64,000 bases of DNA from Macrostomum lignano (lineage: Eukaryota), in NCBI GenBank assembly GCA_002269645.1, contig NIVC01002972.1, positions 1 through 64,000 of the forward strand. Direction: 5' to 3'. Below are positions 57,561-64,000 of this stretch, piece after piece; the first letter of the stretch is position 1, and each line of letters opens with the position of its first letter. The notes under the pieces are model-generated. The model did not search any database. It saw only the letters and a program-made list of their open reading frames with translations, and was not told the origin of the DNA. The translations under genes and the position numbers were made by a program.

Positions 57561-60500
57561 CCTCGGCAGGTTGCAGCAGCTGCAGCAGCCAGACAAGCGC
57601 CAGATTAAGCAGGGCAAAGATGAGGAAAATTTTGCCACCAACGGGACCGCAAGCTGTGAGATAGTTGGCCAGCCTATGCCTGGTCGGCTCGGGACCCCCG
57701 GCGTCGAGTACCCGCCTGTAGACGCACTCAGTCCTCAGGGCGACATTGCGCCACGTGTAAATATCGCGAACCGACTCGTGCAGCCGGTGAAAGTCCTCGG
57801 GCTGCCGGCGACCGTCGGGCCTTGGCGACACTCGGCGATGGCCTGTTCAAGACCGTCAGCCAATGAGGTCGCATCTGGCTCAGCTAGCCGGATCAGGTCA
57901 GACGGCAGAACCTCGGGGATGCCGCCAACATTGGTGCTGACCACCGACAGGCCGCAGCTCGCACCTTCCAGGATGGCCATGCAGAACGCTTCGGTTAGCG
58001 ACGTATTTAGAAAGATGTCGCCTCTGACCAAGTGGGCTCGCACCTGAAAAATTTGGGGGATTATCGGGTCACTGAGCTGGTGAACATCTTGGATTAGTGT
58101 TATTACTGGAAGGTTAAGTTGCCTACCATACCCCTGTGCCTTCCCCATACCCCTGTGCCTTCACCATACCTCTGTGCCTTCCCCATACTCCTGTGCCTTC
58201 CCCATACCCTTTGCCTTCCCCATACTTTTTGTGCCTTCTCTATACCCATTTGTGCCTTCCCCATACCCCTGGGCCTTCCCTATACCCCTTGTGCCTTTCC
58301 CATACCCCCCGTGGCCTTCCTCATACCCTGTGCCTTCCCTATACCCCCTGTGGCCTTCCTCATACCCCGTGCCTTACCCATACTCATTCTTCCCCATACC
58401 CCCTGCACCTGTGCCTTCCCAATACCCCCTGTTTACGGGCATCAATTTGCTACCTCACCTGATGATGGGGCACCTGGCCCTGCAGCAGCACCCGGTCCTG
58501 AATGCCCAGCCGCTCCCGCAACTCCTCCAGCACCAGCCGTTTCGGCCCGTCGCCGCCGATTAAAAATCGAACGTCAGAGTGACGCTGGCAAATGATCGGG
58601 ATGACCCGGGACAGCAGGTCCACGCCTTTGCGGTACACAAGGCGGCTCAGCACCACTATGGTTACTGCGGGTGATTTGCATGTATCTATGTCTGTCTGTC
58701 TGTCTGTTTTATTGCCTCCGTGTCTGTCTGTCCATCTATCTACTCCACCATAAGATAAACGCACTGTAATTGGTATCTCGCTGATCCGGGTCCGGCGTGA
58801 ACACATCAGCATCGATAGCATTGGGAATGACAGAGATGCGACTGGGGCACAGCATTGCGCGTAGTGCCGTATTTTCTTTGCTGAAATGATAGTGCAAACT
58901 TGTTTTAATAGGTCATTTTTTTGAAGAGTTCACCGAGAATACTACTGGAAGTAAGGTAAAAGAGAAATGCAAATGCGAGCCCAAAAATTATTTCGTACTC
59001 GAAGTAAAAGAATTGTCAGTAGCGACGAGAGGATATCTTAAGGCCAGTAATAGAGGAAGCTGGCCCAGCATCTGAGGATCTGGGAGACTGGCCCAGCAAC
59101 TGAGGATCTGGGAGGCTGGCCCAGCAACTGAGGATCTGGGAGGCTGGCCCAGCAACTGAGGATCTGAGAGGCTGGCCCAGCATCTGAGGATCTGAGAGGC
59201 TGGCCTAGCAACTGAGGATCTGAGAGGCTGGCCCAGCATCTGAGGATCTGAGAGGCTGGCCCAGCAACTGGGGATCTGGGAGGCTGGTCCAGCAACTGGG
59301 GATCTGGGAGGCTGGCCCAGCAACTGGGGATCTGGGAGGCTGGTCCAGCAACTGGGGATCTGGGAGGCTGGCCCAGCAACTGGGGATCTGGGAGGCTGGC
59401 CCAGCAAGTGGGGATCTGGGAGGCTGGCCCAGCAACTGAGGATCTGAGAGGCTGCCCCAGTAACTGAGTATCTGGGAGGCTGGCCCAGCAACTGATGATT
59501 TGAGAGATTAAATGTGAACAGAACTGAACAAGTTATCAAAAAAGATCTTTACCTGGTATGCGATACGCAAATCACGTGACAGGTATCGCTTAAGATTCCA
59601 TTGAGCAGTTTGTTAGTCAGGATGGAGCTGACATCGGCAAAGCCGAACAGCGAATGATCGGTGAAGACGGTGGGAAGGCCGAGTGTGCGGGCGTGCAGCA
59701 GAGTCTGGTTGGCCAGAGCGCTGAAGGCCGAGTGGCCGTGGACCAGGCCGACTCGTTCGCGAATGAGCACCTGTCTGACTAGAGGTAGCGTTAGCAGAAC
59801 CGTAGGCAAAACGCACTGGTTGTAGAAGGGCAGGAATGGCAAATAGTACACCTGTGATTGATGATAAACGAGTGACTAAGAATGATTAATGACCAACTAA
59901 TGACACAGGGAATGATTGATGACTAACTAATGACACAGGGAATGATGAATGACTAACTAATGACACAGGGAATGATTAATGACCAACTAATGACACAGGG
60001 AATGATGAATGACTAACTAATGACACAGGGAATGATTAATGACCAACTAATGACACAGGGAATGATTAATGACCAACTAATGACACAGGGAATGATGAAT
60101 GACTAACTAATGACACAGGGAATGATTAATGACCAACTAATGACACAGGGAATGATTAATGACCAACTAATGACACAGGGAATGATGAATGACTAACTAA
60201 TGACACAGGGAATGATTAATGACCAACTAATGACACAAGGGAATGATCAATGACAAACTAATGAGCAACTAGTGAAAGGAAATCACCAAAATCCCCAGAG
60301 ACAGGGACTGTAGATCTGATTGTAATTAATCAGCCACATATAAATGACCAACAAATGATTCGAAAATATTTTAAGCACAGCTAAAAGTTACCAACCTTCA
60401 GACCATTCATCATCCATCGCACTCCTCGCCTTTCACTATTTTTTCCATAGGCATGGGTGATCACAATAACCCTGTGGCCCAAGCTGATTAAGCACTGGGC

Positions 60501-60611
60501 TAGCTGGTAGATGTGTGTCTCAACACCACCCATATTAGGAAAAAAGAAATCAGAAACCATGGCGATGCAAATTTTTTTGTTGATGACATCCTTGTCATTG
60601 ATGTCTCCCAT
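57553..60611 (-). CDS. PIGA: Phosphatidylinositol N-acetylglucosaminyltransferase subunit A (GPI-GnT catalytic subunit, GT4)
   Basis: Exons 60611-60396 ([28 protein letters not shown]), 59851-59553 ([28 protein letters not shown]), 58880-58765 ([13 protein letters not shown]), 58664-58459 ([25 protein letters not shown]), 58043-~57560 ([39 protein letters not shown]-terminal TM). There is a one-base frameshift near 57815. A short terminal exon near 56890-57005 is possible but not resolved. Confidence 0.94.
58120..58430. repeat. Degenerate ~20-bp minisatellite in a PIG-A intron
   Basis: CCCCATACCCCTGTGCCTT variants. Confidence 0.85.
59055..59495. repeat. 29-bp minisatellite in PIG-A intron 2
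   Basis: Unit GGAGGCTGGCCCAGCAACTGAGGATCTG(G/A). Confidence 0.93.
59875..60260. repeat. 30-bp minisatellite in PIG-A intron 1
   Basis: Unit GAATGATTAATGACCAACTAATGACACAGG. Confidence 0.95.
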
Positions 60612-62153
60612 GGTTGAGACATTGGGTGCCAAATTAGGCAAATCAGATATAGTGTCTGAGTTCAGTAATCAATAGTTTAAATAAATTACTTGAAATAATA
60701 ATTTTTGTAATCAGCTAAAAATTTTTAAAAGTAAAAACCTTTGTAAACATTTTTATATAGTTAGATTTATATACATTACTAATGTTAGGAAAAAATGCTG
60801 GGAGTGTTTGCATTTTAACAGCATTTTACATCATATATAACTAATATCTGTACTAATTATTGTCTACTTTATTGTATTTTTCAATTAGTAAATTACTTAT
60901 AGAAAGTGAGGTGTTATGAATTTGATATATTGTATGCTTCCAATCATACATGCGCAACTGCTGGCTGACCTGGCCACCATAAATTGTGCACATCAGAGTG
61001 ATGTATGGTTGAGGTAGGATAGTAGGGTTGAGGTATAAAAACTTCAAGGGTGGGCTAAGATGAATTGAAGGAACAGGTGCCAACACAAGGTCTCAATTGA
61101 GCCTGTTGGGTGCATGTCAGATATAGAGGTGCTTTTGTGCTTGCTTTGTTTAGATAAAGTGAGGGTAGGGTAGTAGGGCAGAGGTGAACACGCTTCACAC
61201 TACACTCTAAATTGTCAAAAAGAGATGTCAAAACTGATTTCATTGTAAGAGTTGAAAGATAGGGCTTAGATGCCAACACAATGTCTCAAAATAACAAAAT
61301 TGTGTGCATGATGGAGGTGTCAACATGATGTCTTAAAATAACAAAATCATGTGCATGTTGGGGGTGATGTGGGATGGGGGTTGTTCTATTTTAACTTTGA
61401 AAACTTGTTTTATAGATGACAAAGTGTCCACTCCACACTAAGTCACTTTGTCATCCACCCTCTGAGATATTGGACAGATCGTCATCTACATAATGAAGTT
61501 GTAAGATGACAAAGTGTCCAGGTAACAATGACAAAGTATATAGGTCCAGCATAACTAAATATTTTCATCATATTATTTTTCACAGCTACTTTGCTTTTGA
61601 TCACTTTGTCATCCAATCTGACGAAATGGAATCCGACGATCTGACCAGTGACCACACATTTTCTAATCCCAGCATTCCCAGGATATTGACAGAATACGGG
61701 ATTTTGTGACCCCTACTTACACTTGGCAATTTAGTAAAAGTTTTTAAATAAAAACTAATTTGACATCATTTTGGTTACTATAGGCCCTAGACCCTAGTAC
61801 AATTAGGCTACTACTACTGGACCTGTCAACTAGAATTAGCTAACTAGTGGCTGGCTGTTGCTAAACCAGTCTGCAGTCGTCGCTAGAGAACTCTTAAGGC
61901 CTTTTCATATTGCTTGTTCTGGTTCTAGAACCAGATCCAATTTGTAAAGTATAACTTTTTGTCTCCTAAACTAGAGGGATATAAGTGCTTTAAAGTTGTG
62001 ATTATTGAATGGCAATAGCCAAAAAGAAAATGAAAAATTGTGCAAAGTGAAGCTGAAAGGCAGTCAAATACTGAGCAAAGTTAAATAGTTAATATTGCTT
62101 TTTTTCTTAGAAGATCCGAATCGATTCTGGTTATGGAATTGGTAATGTGAAAA

Positions 62154-63136
62154 GGGTCTACGACAATTGACTGCCACAATTTGACTGCGGTCAATTTGAC
62201 TGTGGACAACTTGACTGCCAAGCAATTTGACTGCTGACAAAATGACTGCCAACAAAATGACTGCGGACAAAATGACTGCCAAAAATTTGACTGCGGACAA
62301 AATGACTACCGACAAAATGACTGCCAACAAAATGACTGCCGACAAAATGACTGCCGACAAAATGACTGCCGACAAAATGACTGCGGAAATTTGACTGCCG
62401 ACAATATGACTGCGGCAATTTGGCTGCCGACAATATGACTGCGGCAATTTGACTGCCCACAACACAATATGACTGCGGCAGTTTGACTGCTGAGCAATTT
62501 GACTGCCAGCGAAATGACTGCCGGAAAAATGAAGAGGAATTTTGTTGGCAGTCAAATTGCTCGGCAGTCAAATTGCTGCAGTCATTTTGCTGGCAGTCAA
62601 ATTGCCGCAGTCATATTGTCGGCAGTCGAATTGCCGCAGTCATATTGTTGGCAGTCAAATTTCCGCAGTCATTTTGTCAGCAGTCATTTTGTTGGCAATC
62701 ATTTTGTTGGCAGTCAAATTGTCGGCAGTCATTTTGTCCGCAGTCATTTTGTCGGCAGTCAAATTGTCGGCAGTCATTTTGTCGGCAGTCATTCTGTCCG
62801 CAGTCAAATTGTCGGCAGTCATTTTGTCCGCAGTCATTTTGTTCGCAGTCATTTTGTCGGCAGTCAAACTGCTCGGCAGTCAAATTGTCCGCAGTCAAAT
62901 TGACCGCAGTCAAATTGTGGCAGTCAGTGGCGTAGGGAGGGGGGGATCAGGGGGGATGTATCCCCCCCCGAAGAGCCTGACCAAAACTTTTTTGTTGCAC
63001 TTTTTCGCTATACATGCTACCATGTGAGCACTTTTACCTTGGTGTATCCCCCCCCGTAGGAAATTCACCTTGGTGTATCCCCCCCCGTAGGAAATTCCTG
63101 GCTACGCCCCTGGTGGCAGTCAATTGTCGTGCACCC
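62154..63136. mobile_element. Non-autonomous foldback/Mutator-like MITE with 9-bp TSD
   Basis: Termini GGGTCTACGACAATTGACTGCCAC and (reverse complement) GGGTGCACGACAATTGACTGCCAC. Arms are built of inverted 15-bp subrepeats (caaaatgactgccga / cggcagtcattttgt). TSD ATGTGAAAA at 62145-62153 and 63137-63145. Confidence 0.85.
62925..63112. mobile_element. 188-bp hAT-like MITE nested in the right arm of the foldback element
   Basis: TIRs CAGTGGCGTAG ... CTACGCCCCTG; 8-bp TSD GTGGCAGT at 62917-62924 and 63113-63120. Confidence 0.85.
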
Positions 63137-64000
63137 ATGTGAAAAGCTCCCCTTAGACGTCTGGCCTCATTTCGAAGAAAAAGCAAAAGTTAAATCCTGT
63201 CATTTACTATTTGATATCAAAACAAGATATTTTTTTATAAAATATATTTTGTCAGTATTACTTTAACATTAAGGCTTAAAAAGACAAGTTAAGGGATATT
63301 TTTACCTTATTTGTTTAACATTTTAACATTAATTAAAACTTAATTTAACCTTAATCGTCCTTTAACATGGAGATCAAATATCAAATATGAATGTCAGTTT
63401 CGGTCTAAGTTATAAAGATTTCAGTGGGCCTATATACTTAGCATAGGCCTCGTCGGAATTTAGAAAGTGTTTTAGTACAGGAGATGTTCAGATAGAGCCT
63501 AGATTCTAGAAGTTTTACTTCGCAATTATATTTTTTTTCATTAAATCAATTTTTAATCTTTAAGGTGGCTAGGCAATTAATGTTTCATAGTTAAACTGAA
63601 ATGAACATTTTTACCAGTTGGTAGTTTGCTTGTCTAGACTTAAAGGTACTATCAACAAGACTTTTGTTTAACCTATAATAATTTATAATAGGCTTAACCT
63701 ATGCCTATGGTAATCAATTAGTTAATAAAAGGCCCCTAATCAATTGCAACTCCCTGATTTACACTGACCATGCAACTTACTTTTGATCAAAAGTGTGACT
63801 TAATTTTAAAAGAAACTGTTAAGCAAAAGTTAATGCAATTTTAGATAAATGGTAAAAGTAACTATAACTGTCCTATTTATTTAGGCTAAATCCCTTATCA
63901 TATCATCTCAATTAATATTGTAGGCGGCAATGGCTAGAGTTCCGGCACCAGAACCCATTTTCTAATGGCTACGGATCCGGCAGTGCCATTATAATATAGA

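Overview
Eukaryotic (metazoan) genomic DNA. GC-rich, poly-Q/A/G-rich exons and satellite-filled introns resemble the flatworm Macrostomum, but that assignment is inference only. Six protein-coding genes were reconstructed by hand from splice sites and codon phase: (1) the 5' part of the E3 ligase UBR5/hyd (minus, 9 exons, runs off the window start; its 62-nt first coding exon at 16808-16869 is missed by the ORF track); (2) an intronless secreted, possibly GPI-anchored protein with a TIMP/NtA-like OB-fold pattern (18745-19563, minus); (3) a 6-exon chloride-dependent animal alpha-amylase (26681-32770, minus); (4) a 5-exon atypical synaptotagmin that has lost most Ca2+ ligands (37432-43136, plus); (5) a 5-exon, ~600-aa gene of unknown family (49771-54434, minus); (6) PIG-A (about 57553-60611, minus). 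UBR5 and PIG-A carry frameshifts, most likely long-read indel errors. About 30 different tandem repeats are present, usually a different one in each intron. There is also a nested Mutator-like/hAT-like MITE pair with both target-site duplications intact, two telomere-like arrays that share a leader, and sharp CpG deserts at the 5' ends of UBR5 and PIG-A. No rRNA, tRNA or CRISPR array can be supported, and no clearly new multi-gene system was found. The best leads are the two unassigned proteins, the 5'-restricted CpG loss and the splice-donor-like intronic satellites.
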